Shown: in pieces, positions 25,993 through 37,204 of the stretch
How positions within the stretch are numbered: position 1 is the stretch's first letter
Layout: the number at the start of each line of letters is the position of its first letter
Source: Asterionella formosa
Lineage: Eukaryota
Direction of reading: 5' to 3'
Assembly: GCA_002256025.1 (NCBI GenBank)
Contig: NKIB01013498.1
Coordinates: 1-56,432 of the forward strand
DNA length: 56,432 nt
Program-made: the position numbers and the translations under genes
The notes under the pieces: model-generated
Databases searched by the model: none
The model's input: the letters and a program-made list of their open reading frames with translations, nothing else
Told to the model about the DNA's origin: nothing

Positions 25993-27000
25993 CTATTGTT
26001 GTTCGCCTCCAACAATCCCGCCTATCAACATATTCCACCAAAAGCTAATGAATGGTAACAATCCTCGCTTTTTCTCAACAGCCAATGCATCCTCAATGCT
26101 TCGCATGGCTGGTTGACTTCCCACATTGTCTCGTAGACCCCCTCCTCGCACAGCTCGTCGTTTCATCGTCGGAACAGACCGCGGGAAAATAGCTAGAAAG
26201 TGATTTCCAATGTCCAAATGTTTACCAGGATGAATATCTGGAAATCTGGAATCAGCGCTTAAAATGTGAAGCGCCTCTCGTTTATCATATTTGGGCGATC
26301 CGAAACAAGCCATGCGACGCAACCGAAACTGCCGATCTTGAGAGGTCAACTCATAGACATGGATCGGTCTTTGTAGTAAATTGCAAAGCGCCACAATTTC
26401 AGGACCGCCACCCCAGTATGAGTTCTTCCGCATCGTCTCGCAGTACTCTTGTCCAGATACTGCATATTGGGAAGCAGCTGCCTCCACTAGGTCCTTGGCC
26501 CTCAAATATTCTTTGCCTTGTAGAAAGAGCATTCGCCTTGGATTTGCAGATAAAAAGTCCACCGCTTGCTCCCTAAGAGAAGTGGAAGTGGCCTGCAACT
26601 GCCTCAAGTTATCAAAACAAAAGTGCGTCCCGTTTTCTGCTTTCGCCAGGCAGACACTGAGGGAATGAAACAAGCAGTTTCCGTCTCCAGGAACCTGACG
26701 GATCTGCACGGCGATCTCAGACAACCCCGATCGTTTGATATCATGAACTCCACCAATCGAGTATTCTGCCTCCCATTCACCAGGGCAGCGAAAGTACTCC
26801 TGGGTGAGAAAGCCCTCATCGTCGATCTGCGCGCTGGGATTCCATGGGGGCGAGTCTGAATCAGACAACAGTCGGTGATGCGTCGATCGCGGAATGGAAT
26901 TCGTAGCTCCACGTTGGCGTGCCGATGAGACTGTTAGCAACCACGACAGTAGCAGCAGTGGCAACGGCAACGGGCGTGAAATACGAGACAAAAATGACAT
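25993..27000 (-). CDS. OTU-domain cysteine protease with signal peptide and C-terminal hydrophobic segment
   Basis: VPGDGNCLFHSL Cys loop, YWGGGPEIVAL, GNHFLA His loop. N-terminal LPLLLLSWLLTVSSA. The start could be 27012. Confidence 0.85.
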   Translation of the reverse strand: MSFLSRISRPLPLPLLLLSWLLTVSSARQRGATNSIPRSTHHRLLSDSDSPPWNPSAQIDDEGFLTQEYFRCPGEWEAEYSIGGVHDIKRSGLSEIAVQIRQVPGDGNCLFHSLSVCLAKAENGTHFCFDNLRQLQATSTSLREQAVDFLSANPRRMLFLQGKEYLRAKDLVEAAASQYAVSGQEYCETMRKNSYWGGGPEIVALCNLLQRPIHVYELTSQDRQFRLRRMACFGSPKYDKREALHILSADSRFPDIHPGKHLDIGNHFLAIFPRSVPTMKRRAVRGGGLRDNVGSQPAMRSIEDALAVEKKRGLLPFISFWWNMLIGGIVGGEQQ

Positions 27001-27589
27001 GGTCACGATCATCTATCTACCCGAAAATAAATTGTGCTGTTGCATTCTTGAATTTTATCGTCTGCCTCTGCTAAATATAAATATTGTCTTAGTCCTGGAT
27101 GTGCCAAATATAGAATAACATAGCTATACCAGGTAATCAGTTCCGTGCGTACAAAGCGATGACATCTGCTCGGGAGGATGCAATAGCATACCAGTATCGT
27201 ACGTATTCGGCGATAAATAGACTACTGGTACCTGGTAGCGTACCAGGTACATAATACATAGAGGGTTACGAATCAACGTCCGGGTTTCTTCAGAGTGGAT
27301 TTTGCAAACTGCTGAAGGATTCTTTGCATTCTTGTGATTAGGACTCAGGGAGATCTTCTCCGAAATCAGTAGTATCTGTGAATATCGCTTTTTATTAATA
27401 TTCTCATGTAATTAAATTAATCAACAAAGACACCAGTTTTATCTCTAACAGTTACAACGTAAACGAATTTTTGGTGGAGGGATCAACAACTGTTATCATT
27501 ATTGCAACTTGAGTAATTATGGTTTCAGTATATTCTTGCAACATTTATATACTGATAGTTGCAACAAAACAAAAACAACAACAAGCATA

Positions 27590-27900
27590 GTCACAGAACA
27601 AGAGCTTGATGGTCTGAATGGCTTGAGTCACTTAGAAAGGATGTTGAATGTACATTTGGAATAATCAAGGGATGCTGGCAAATTTTAAAATCAGGTATCC
27701 AAATACATGGAATAACTGATCCCAACAAGGTGTGGCTGACTTGTTGTGCTTTCTATAATATGTTAATTGATGCAGCATGTTGATGGCCTAGATCAGCAGT
27801 GGGTGAATGGAGTTCCAAGTGACTGGGAAGGACCACTTTTTAGCCAATTAAATGGAGCTGAAGCACCTTTTGCCATTCAGCAATTGAATGCAGTAGCAAC
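27590..27900 (+). pseudogene. C-terminal fragment of a PIF/Harbinger (DDE_Tnp_4-like) transposase
   Basis: Hand translation: SEWLESLRKDVECTFGIIKGCWQILKSG...KVWLTCCAFYNML/VDGLDQQWVNGVPSDWEG. Confidence 0.8.
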
Positions 27901-28302
27901 AACATTGGTTGGTTTACCCAGGTTGGAAAGGATTGATACCTCCTCTGGGATGGCTCCAGCCCAGGTAATGATGGTGATGGAAAATTCCTGATTCAATTTT
28001 CAGTTTAATTTGTGATCCAAATGAAATCTGCGACATTGATTTGTTGATAATAAATATTGAAACTGTTCGAGTGGTCTGGCATTTAAGTCTACAGTTCTTC
28101 AAGAGTAATCTCATTAAAAATTTTGATATTATATAGAAACAAAACAAGATTGTTTGGCCATCACGTCGTGTAGCTTTTGTAAATTATGTAGGTTTTGTAA
28201 ATTATACTCAATAACAATAGATATATGTAATTGAAACAATACAAAATATAGTCATAGCGATATAAAATACTATATTAGATGACTGGGTCTTCCCAATCAC
28301 CA

Positions 28303-28545
28303 GGGAAATGGCTTAGTGGTTAGCACAACTTCTCGCTGGTGGGTTCGGTTCCTGTATTCTCCACCTGTCTTCTTTTTCATCAAGCCCCTAGGGTCTCAGG
28401 GAGTGTGGCTGACGAAAAGACAGGCCCTGTTGTATTGTATGGACTAATCAAGCTGGTACTAATTGAGTCTATTTATTTGGGTCCAAGTGCAGTTATTGGA
28501 TAGCTTTAATGGACTATAAAAATTTAAATGACATTTTATAGGTTA
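28303..28545 (+). mobile_element. tRNA-derived SINE-like element, copy 2
   Basis: A-box TGGCTTAGTGG (28309-28319), B-box-like GGTTCGGTTCC (28342-28352), degenerate acceptor stem GGGAAAT...ATTCTCC. Body and tail align with copy 1. No TSD found. Confidence 0.72.
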
Positions 28546-29290
28546 TCCATACTAATAATGGATCTAGAAATTCTTGGTTAGCTGTTTTTCTGATGTCACA
28601 GTCAATGGGTGGTGGCTGACAACGTTAGCTAGGATTTACCAAAACCCGATAGCATGGTTTTTTCGTCTGTTGAACCAAAAGCCAAAAGAAATATTTTAAA
28701 ATTTTTGGTTGTCGTTTTGGACCACAGTTAGCATTGGCCTAACAGTTGGAAAAAACTGAAAGTCCCCTCTCAATTTTTCAGCCAATTAAAAAATCTATGG
28801 ATACTGCGGATCCAATCTTGATTTTCAGATTTTTGTGATTAACTATTATGACTATTATTCACAGCCTAAGTGAATTTTTGTTTTGTTGATACTTACACAT
28901 CATCAAGTCTGCTTCATTCCAACATACTTGGAAAGTCTGTTACTTGATAAAAATAGCCATGTTCTATTCAAAGTAAAAAAACTTCAACCACACTTTTCAG
29001 TATTAAATATTAGGGGTATAGTCGGACATCACTTCAGGCCAGTGCAAGCTCCACCAGTTCTACTGTTCTTGGTAACAAACTATGAAAGATGACTGTTAAG
29101 ATAATATGCTCTGCAGCACCAAGATTTCTGTGTCCAACAAAAGCAATCCACACCAGGAAAAACGCCAGTGTTCCAAGCAAGTCCACGATGCTTGGTTACA
29201 AACTAAGAACGATGTCTGTGTAGACCACATTTTCCATAGCACCAAGATTTCTGCATGATCCAGGGAAAGCAATCCAAGCCAGGTAGTCTA

Positions 29291-32200
29291 CTATACACCA
29301 GAAAAGTCGAATCGAAACTCCTCGGGGTTGGTACTATCCGCACTTTCTCCACCCTGTGTACCACTTGAATCTGGTTCAGGTGCTGTATTGGTCGCTATGC
29401 TCTCAGATCCACTCATAGTGTTGCGCTTTGCAGACTTTTGAGATGAAATTGGGTCAGGGGAAAATATTGCCTTGAATCGCTTCCTCTGCTGCTTGGTCTT
29501 CTTGTCCTTACCTCGCTTAGCCTCTGCTAGGCGCCGTAATACAATGGATTCAGGCTCGCAATGTAGGTCCCTTGTACATTTAATGCTTGCTTCAAAGTTA
29601 TTCACAGCATCACTGTAGTCACCAATCTCAAAAAAAACAGATCCAAGTCGAAACAGGGCCTTGGCTTGGAGTTCCTTGGCTTGTTTAAAGCTTGAATCAG
29701 GCAATGCGCCATCATGTTCCATGTCTACTTGCTTGCAACCTTTCTTGTCCTTGGTTACGCCTTTTTGCACACAAAATGGTCCCAGCTCAAACAGGGCCAT
29801 CTTGGCTTGACCTCCAGCCATTTTTGGATCTCTACATGGAGCCTTCAGCAATACCATTGATAAATTCAGGCGAACAGAGATCATTGATTTCAAAAGTGGG
29901 GACCAGCCTAGGTTTTCTTTCTGGCGCTGCTGGCGCTGCTCTTCATTCATAAAAACAATATCGCCATAAGGGAAGGACATAAAAGCTACAGCACAATATT
30001 GGAGTGCCTGATCATACCGTCGTGCAGCGAGAGGAAAGGAACCATCTTTGAAAGCTGCATTGCCGCCATCCTTCAACAGTTCTACTGTTTCTTGGAGCAC
30101 ATCCAAGGTTCGTTTCTTCGTATTCAACTTTGAAGATGATCCAGTGGGAATGGTGGGCAAGACATCCACTGATGCATCAGATTCTAGACTATCTTTCTCA
30201 GTTCCTTCATGCTCAGTTGCCTTATTACACGTACCAATTTGAGTCATTGTCATACATGGGGACTCTCTTTCAATGGTGGTGCTCAATATATGCAACTTTG
30301 CCAATTGCGGATGGTCACACGTCCATTTCCTGGACAATGAAGGGTGCTGGCATCGTTTGTCGCTTAAAATGTCGTAGTCTGTCAAGGCCATGTGGCCATA
30401 ACTCTCTAAATTGATGTTGAATCCACATGGCTTAGGTATGCTTGTCGTGACAGCGTCGAATGGTATCCAATCACCAGGATATTCAGGGATAAGATCAATG
30501 ACACTCCCGTAGCAGGGCAAATTGGTAGAACTTTGATCCGTGCTTCCACTTGGAGTCGGTTCGACGAGGGGGGCACCGACGTATGCATTTCGATGTTCCA
30601 AAAGCCACGGTACGCCACTTTTTGATATGAGACCTCTTTGCGCAGCTTGATGGTTCATTCGGATTACGCTGATTCTCCTGTTTAATTCACTCAATGATGA
30701 TCTAATGGGATCGTCGTCTCCAGTTTCACGCGACTGTATACACGTGTAAATATTCTGAGAAAGGATTTCTGGTAGATTTCGAAGGTCGTTACCAATAAAA
30801 GGTGCTCCACTGTCTCGCATACCAAGTCGACTTCGAAATAAGATGCCGCTAGGTCCATCCATTATGCCTCCACCAAGAAGATCATTGTTCCTAGGAACAA
30901 AATCTGGAAGAACGCTGATCGACTTGTCTTCGAATGTACTCAGGCAACTTAAAACGGTGTTGATAGCGCACCAAGCGTTAACAACTGGACTGCTTTCGTA
31001 TTCGAGTTGATTGAACCGTCGCGCACGACCCAAGGGTGAATCATCGATTTCGTGATCAACCGGTAAAGTTGCGCGCCAAAGTTTGGCCGTCGAATCAATT
31101 CCATATGTGATGAAAAATGGCAATGATGGATGCGGAATGACTCCATTACAAGTAGAGTGATCAGCGTTGAGAAACGATGCGACGGTACCAGTTGCTCGCT
31201 CATAGATCCAAGCGTGACCCGAATCAGACCCTGTACAAACATATTCATCATTGGGTCCAGCATATTTTGCATTTTTGAGAAAGGTATACCGATTCAAATG
31301 TCCACCAAATGAAGCAAGGTCGGATTGTGTTTTACCTTTCAGGCTTTCATGATCTTTCGCGTATTCATTCAGCTCATCTACTGTTGGTGTAGATGTGTTA
31401 TTTGGAAAGATGGGAAACGCATAGATTTGATCATTCTCATATGAAACAAGAAGCTCACGTTTATCCTTTGAAAGATCAAGACCACTGACCGAAACCGACG
31501 CAGACAATGGCAAGTCTCTGGGTAGATATAGTTGCACTATCCGGCTTCCTGTCGAGTCAGTCATTCGCAAATCATATAAGCCAACTTTAGCAGACGAGCC
31601 TCCACAGAAAACATAACTCGAATCCAAATCGTCTGCAGACCAAATCGCACACGTCTTGCACATTTGGTTATCCCCCAGCAGCGATCTCGTCGACTGTTCT
31701 CGTGATGACGTTCTGAGATCAAATCGGCGAAGTCCTCGTTCGCTGCACAGCAACCCTGTGTTGGTGTCGAGGAAGTGGTGCGAAAAGCACATACCCGGTC
31801 GCAAACTCAAGAGAGTTGGCAGATGCGACGTATGTTCTGGAGATACCACAATCGCGCTAGTTCCTGATTCCAAGTCGCTCATTCGCAAGTACCCGTCGGC
31901 TGCACAAGTTACTACCTTCCCAGGACTATGGTCCAAGGGCGTGACATGGAATACATTGCCTTGGTGTCGTGTATCAATCGTCGCCAACGGAATAACGCTA
32001 CCAGGCAGAGATGCTTTGCCATAATGTCTGGACCATTCTTGCACGGGAGGACCAACAGGAATTTCCGACGAAAAAGGAGTAATGGTTGCCCTACCTCCGG
32101 CCAGGGGACTCGTGCTTCCCATAGCATGTCGAACATCCCAAAATTTCACAAGACGGTCATCTCCCGATGTAATGATTTGCGTTGGACACTCTTGGCTGTC

Positions 32201-32722
32201 AATTGCATCAACTTCCTTTTCTCTCAAACTCAATCGCCAAGGTGATGTCAGCCAGCACGCTGTGTTGATGCAGCCTCCATGACGTATGGAAGGAGCAAAG
32301 GTCCCTTTGATGTCTTCTGGAGCGTCGCCTTCCGTTTCCGAATGCTCTTCAAAATCCATCCAATCCATCAAAGCTCGCTCTGCCCTCTCTGAAGCTGATT
32401 GCTGTCGGAGAGCGCTTTGTTCCAGTACGCTTCGCGACAACGCAAGGTCTCTGCTTTCAGCGTCCAAAGGCCCTTCCGAGTCATCGCTGTCGCTATCACT
32501 GCCTTCCGAGGAGCCATTGATGGGATTGTCCGTCAGTACGCTGGCAGGAGTCCCGGGTCCCACGCTGAGAATCATGTTTTGCATCCTGCCAACGCTCCAA
32601 GCGATGCGCCCCGACAGTTCGTTAGTTCGTTGAAAGCCATACTGCTGTCGCGTCCAAAGCAGGTCTGGAATCGAAAGGCCGTGCCTTCTGTTCCTTCTAC
32701 TGGGAAGTGAAGGGCTGTTCAT
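29291..32722 (-). CDS. WD40-repeat + TPR protein (DCAF8/WDTC1-like CUL4-DDB1 substrate receptor), about 1143 aa, single exon
   Basis: HGGCINT, ITSGDDRLVKFWDVR, HQGNVFHV, DxR motifs (FDLR, YDLR), GHLN..TFLKNA, GSDSGHAWIYE, PHPSLPFFITYGIDSTAKLW. TPR segment LKDGGNAAFKDG...KALFRLG. Confidence 0.85.
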   Translation of the reverse strand: MNSPSLPSRRNRRHGLSIPDLLWTRQQYGFQRTNELSGRIAWSVGRMQNMILSVGPGTPASVLTDNPINGSSEGSDSDSDDSEGPLDAESRDLALSRSVLEQSALRQQSASERAERALMDWMDFEEHSETEGDAPEDIKGTFAPSIRHGGCINTACWLTSPWRLSLREKEVDAIDSQECPTQIITSGDDRLVKFWDVRHAMGSTSPLAGGRATITPFSSEIPVGPPVQEWSRHYGKASLPGSVIPLATIDTRHQGNVFHVTPLDHSPGKVVTCAADGYLRMSDLESGTSAIVVSPEHTSHLPTLLSLRPGMCFSHHFLDTNTGLLCSERGLRRFDLRTSSREQSTRSLLGDNQMCKTCAIWSADDLDSSYVFCGGSSAKVGLYDLRMTDSTGSRIVQLYLPRDLPLSASVSVSGLDLSKDKRELLVSYENDQIYAFPIFPNNTSTPTVDELNEYAKDHESLKGKTQSDLASFGGHLNRYTFLKNAKYAGPNDEYVCTGSDSGHAWIYERATGTVASFLNADHSTCNGVIPHPSLPFFITYGIDSTAKLWRATLPVDHEIDDSPLGRARRFNQLEYESSPVVNAWCAINTVLSCLSTFEDKSISVLPDFVPRNNDLLGGGIMDGPSGILFRSRLGMRDSGAPFIGNDLRNLPEILSQNIYTCIQSRETGDDDPIRSSLSELNRRISVIRMNHQAAQRGLISKSGVPWLLEHRNAYVGAPLVEPTPSGSTDQSSTNLPCYGSVIDLIPEYPGDWIPFDAVTTSIPKPCGFNINLESYGHMALTDYDILSDKRCQHPSLSRKWTCDHPQLAKLHILSTTIERESPCMTMTQIGTCNKATEHEGTEKDSLESDASVDVLPTIPTGSSSKLNTKKRTLDVLQETVELLKDGGNAAFKDGSFPLAARRYDQALQYCAVAFMSFPYGDIVFMNEEQRQQRQKENLGWSPLLKSMISVRLNLSMVLLKAPCRDPKMAGGQAKMALFELGPFCVQKGVTKDKKGCKQVDMEHDGALPDSSFKQAKELQAKALFRLGSVFFEIGDYSDAVNNFEASIKCTRDLHCEPESIVLRRLAEAKRGKDKKTKQQRKRFKAIFSPDPISSQKSAKRNTMSGSESIATNTAPEPDSSGTQGGESADSTNPEEFRFDFSGV

Positions 32723-33905
32723 GGTTTTCAATATATCACTAGGCTGGGCGAGAGCGCTGGAGTGTAACAACGGTATGGAACAGAACAACCGACAAATTAC
32801 TTCACGTGAACCACAGGAACGAACATTCAATCAAGGTGAAGTACCAGGTACCAGGTACCAGGTACGATGGACCAGGTACACATTGAAGAAGTCCATAGAT
32901 AAAATAATACGATAGATTGCCGTTTTCCTGACACTTGTTATTATTTATATTCGTTCGCTCTATACCTTATTGCTATTTTTGTTATATACCCGTATACTAT
33001 TATTGTCAATTTGTAGGATGAGTTGATGACGAGCGAAAGATCCATTATGATTACCGGTTCCAGTCCAGGTTCCTCGAACATAGTAAGTACAAGAAAAATA
33101 ATCAACCCTCAGCCAGCTCAACCTTTTTATGTATGGCCATCATACCTGTACCAGGTCGAGCATAAGGTCGAGGTAGTCGTATTTATGCACTGCACTGGTA
33201 TACCTGTACCGTGTAAATTCATTTTCCTGCCCCTGCCCCTGCCCCTGCCCCTGCCCCCGATGTACATTCCTCTGCCGTGACTGAATTTGACTGATTTTAA
33301 GGGCAGGAAAATGAAGAGATTTCGCTTATAATGTAGATCTACGTAAATTTTATCGGTTCTACGCTCCGTAAAGTGAAAAATGAGAAAATTCTTGACTTGG
33401 CAAGAAAAACGCGAGATCAGGGATGAAGCATGGGAATCCCCCAGCAATTCCCGCTCCAGCTATCGTCTTGCCATTCGGGTACTTCTAAGTAATTTCTTAA
33501 GTAATTTTTATTTAAGGGCAATATGGGGCACATTGAATTTTTCGGCAATAAAATTGCCGATTTTAGCATGACAACCAGAATAACGGTAATATGCATAGAG
33601 ATGGTACAACAAGCGTAAAACACACAAGAATGATTGTAACATGCAAAATCAATGAAAATTGAACATGATGTTTGGAGCAACCAAAGTATGAAATGCGATG
33701 TAATAAGTAGCATCAAATGAGAAATAGAAAAAATTGTTTTGGGTTAGAAATGAAGTAATAAATAGGAGTTTCAATGGAGACATATGCATTGTGACATTGT
33801 AGTACTTAGTACACAGGCAACATTGCTTGATTTTCCATCACCACACAATCGAAGACTGAAAGAAGAAGAAAAAAGCTGAACCCCATTTATGCCTGCATTG
33901 TTATG

Positions 33906-34438
33906 TAGCATAGATGATCTGGTTGCTGCAACCATGCACATTGCTGTAGTTGCCTGATACCAGTAGCAGTCTTTCCGCCAGAGGCATTCCTCCCACCAAG
34001 TAAGCAACCCTGATCATTCCATTCTGAGCAAGCATGATTGCCAGGCTGCTGCTCCAGCACTATCGACTGCCTCTAGCTGAGTATTTTTATGTAGCTTATG
34101 ATATGAACTCATAGTAGAAAGGTAGCAAAGCGCGTTAGTAAAAGAAAAGCATTACTTGGAGGCAATATTGACATCATGGTCAATGACTATACAAATCAAC
34201 AAATAAGATCAACAATGGCACAATACCACTTCTTCAATGAGTAGTCATTGATATATACATTTGCCCTTGTGTAGATAGTTACAATCGAATCAAAAAGACA
34301 GCGCGGAACGACAGAAGCGATCAAAATGGACCATGGAAGCAATCAAATCGGAAATTCGACAATCGTATCATCTACGATCACATTCAGTGTTTGACTGTTG
34401 TACTCACCGGTCCGCTCTAACAAGCGTAACACGCAGCA
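33906..34438 (+). repeat. Dispersed repeat A, copy 2
   Basis: Colinear with 6505-7028. Confidence 0.9.
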
Positions 34439-34543
34439 TATGATGGGCTCATAATAAAGTTGAAAGTTCCTGTTGCAAGCCCGAATTGAGCAACAGCAGG
34501 TAGAATAGAGTGAGAATTATAATTGTGAGGACGAAATCGTATG

Positions 34544-35760
34544 TGGTTTCCTTAAGTAGACCCCTTGCCGATTTCAGCAATCCCACGGCTGGAAAACCAA
34601 GGGGCAATTGTCGTCTGTTGTCTTGCCAAAATGCAAACATATGAAATACACAAAATACATTTCAATGATGGGCAATATCGGACCTTTGGCAATTTTCGAG
34701 GTGAAGATAGGAAATATATTAAATATCCTTTATATGATGGGCAATAGTAAGCTAAAATTGACATTTATGCTTTATTTGTGGGCAGTAGGTAAGCGAATGA
34801 CGCGACGATAGCTAGAGTGGGAATTGCCTCAACAATACCCTTCTTGGCGGCTACTTGCCTTCTCGTACCGGGCGCCACTCATACGGTCAACCTACTTGCG
34901 CCACCCAGCCTCGAACACATGTATACTCGCAGGCAAGAGACCACCTCGGGCGTGTATTGCCTTCAGCAACATCAAAGCTGTTGCACATAAGTATGGCATC
35001 AGTGCCAGCAATATTCGGTGCTGGAAAGCTAACTTTCATGGTTTTGAGACTTGTTATACTGATGAAGAAGGTTTATTGTTGGATGAGGGTCGTTTGTTAT
35101 TAAAGAAACATACATTTCATTTTTGGCAACAAGCCACAGATCAATAGTGCAGCTGAATTTGCCTTGTGTGTATGATCAGCTTTGTGCTGATGATCATGCT
35201 TGTTTGGTCACGTTGCTTGCTGCTGAGCTGAAGATCATGCTTGTTCGGTCATGTTGCTTGCTGCTGAGCTGAAGTGCTTGTTGGGAAATAATGTTAGGTT
35301 GACTATCATGCAACAGTGTGTAGCTCGTTGGTGCCCGCAAAACATTGTATATCATCATATCACTCACAAGGCGCAAAACACACCGCGCTATGCATGTACT
35401 GAGTGTCATGCAGGAGTATCTGGTATACATAGTAGATGAAACAAACATTTATTTTGATATGGTGGGCGGGCTCACGCTAGCTGATAGAGGTGCCAAAACA
35501 ATCAGTTTATGCACCAATGGCAGCAGCATGCGTTGCTCAGTGTTGTTGGGCGTTTCAATGTCTGGAGAGAAGCTTGCTCCTGCTCTTGTTGTTTTCAGAG
35601 GAGCACCTCATGCCAGGATCCAGCGAGAATTTAACAACCAACAGTTTGATTATCCCCCACATATGGTTTATTGTTCTTGTCAGACAAAAGCGTGGGTTGA
35701 CAAGTTGGTTTTTTCATTTTGGATTCGCGACATTTGGCATGATGACATATGTAGTACTAC
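34544..35760 (+). pseudogene. pogo/Tigger-type (Tc1-mariner superfamily) transposase pseudogene with upstream region
   Basis: HTH-like NIKAVAHKYGISASNIRCWK, THKAQN. DDE_1-type VDETNIYFDM..TLADRGAKTIS...RCSVLLGVSMSGEKL..LVVFRG...QTKAWVD...W. Frameshifted and truncated. Confidence 0.85.
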
Positions 35761-37204
35761 TGCTACTAGTACATGGTATGTAGTATCATTAGCCAAAGTA
35801 TTACATAGGTAGGTGGGTGTGATGGCAGTTGGGTTGAAATGATGATGTCACATATTAAGCAAAATCGATAGTACTACTTTAAGCAAAACAGTCAAACATT
35901 AAGCAAATCCTATGGAAGCATATGGCAGAATCAGCAAAACAAATTGGTCTGAATATTGTAGGCTAAATCAGATTATAGCTACAAACAATTCGAAACAACA
36001 AGCCGGCTGATTTGGTTTATTAAATGAAAATCAAAGAGATACACATGAATTAATTTGGAATTGGAATCACTATTGCTGGCATGAAGACTTATGTACTAGT
36101 GCTAGTACATATGAATATGATACCACAATACTTGAGGCTACAAAAAAATACAACTTGGGTTGATTTTTACAAGTAATGCCGGGGTACTCGGAGTACCTGG
36201 TTCCATTAGTAATGATACTGTATTTTTCCTGCACTGTTAGTTCCTACTATGACATCACCATTGAAACCAGTTGTGTATACTATTGCTTAGTATATACAGA
36301 GAGGAATAAATTTATAAATGTGTGTGTATCATACTGGGTTTAATATTTCTTGTTCCGGCATGCGCATCCTTGTGTAATAGTAGTATCTTAGAAAGAAAAG
36401 CAAGCAGGGTAGTGCATCTCCCCAGAAAACATAGCAACTGTTTTGATACAGTCCTTGAAAGTATCGGATAAAACAGGGTAATTTGTATATCATATCTTCT
36501 ATTATGACTGATGTTTGCTCAAGTACAACCAGAAATAATCCCTTCACATGTTTCAGACCAGCTGAAGGATGATCGGGTGCAAATTCTGTGGTATCAGAAT
36601 ATATGCTGCTTAGCCTGTAGATTGTCCATAACAATGTATCTAGAAATTCTTGGTTAGCTGTTTTTCCATCATTACTCCCTTTTCTTCATGGTGATGATAG
36701 ATAAAGTCTTTGCAATAGGTTTATTTTGAAGAGGCTTGGATGATAAGTATTAATGCAGGATGCTGTGTGAACCAGCATTAAGCCACCATTGTCCATCAAG
36801 CATCTTTTGGACAGTTCTTACTCAAGTTCCACTTCCTCCCTCCAAGACAAGAACTGGATTACAACCTTAACAACCTTCTCCTTTCCCAAATTGGTATTCA
36901 TTGTGTAGGGCAACAATATAAGACAACACCACCAATGGATGCGCATCCATTCTCTTACAAAGAATATTATGCATACATATTTTTCTCTCCCCCCTTCCAA
37001 TAATGCCTACCAGTATGCATTATTTCAATGTAAAAAATACAGGTAATCAGTTCTACGTATAGTGCTGCTTTGTGGATAACTCATGCTCTTGATCCACCCC
37101 TCTCCAAGTCTACCAACAGCTTCATCAACAATCTGTTCGTATACTAACTACTATAGCTAGAAAGGGTGGTACATTATCCTGAATTCCAAAACTTTATCGT
37201 GTCC

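Noticed and set aside
28303..28365. Functional tRNA gene
   Set aside because: Only ~60 nt, no proper anticodon arm, mismatched acceptor stem, and it continues into a repeated body. Better read as a SINE head.
29112..29285. Twice-repeated GCACCAAGATTTCTG...AAAGCAATCCA near the WD40 gene end
   Set aside because: A two-copy local duplication with no further structure.
33226..33260. (CCCCTG)n as a telomeric or G-quadruplex element
   Set aside because: Only about five units; an ordinary microsatellite with no supporting context.
36329..37000. Coding gene on the minus strand
   Set aside because: Fragmented frames with no recognisable motif; likely unclassified TE debris.
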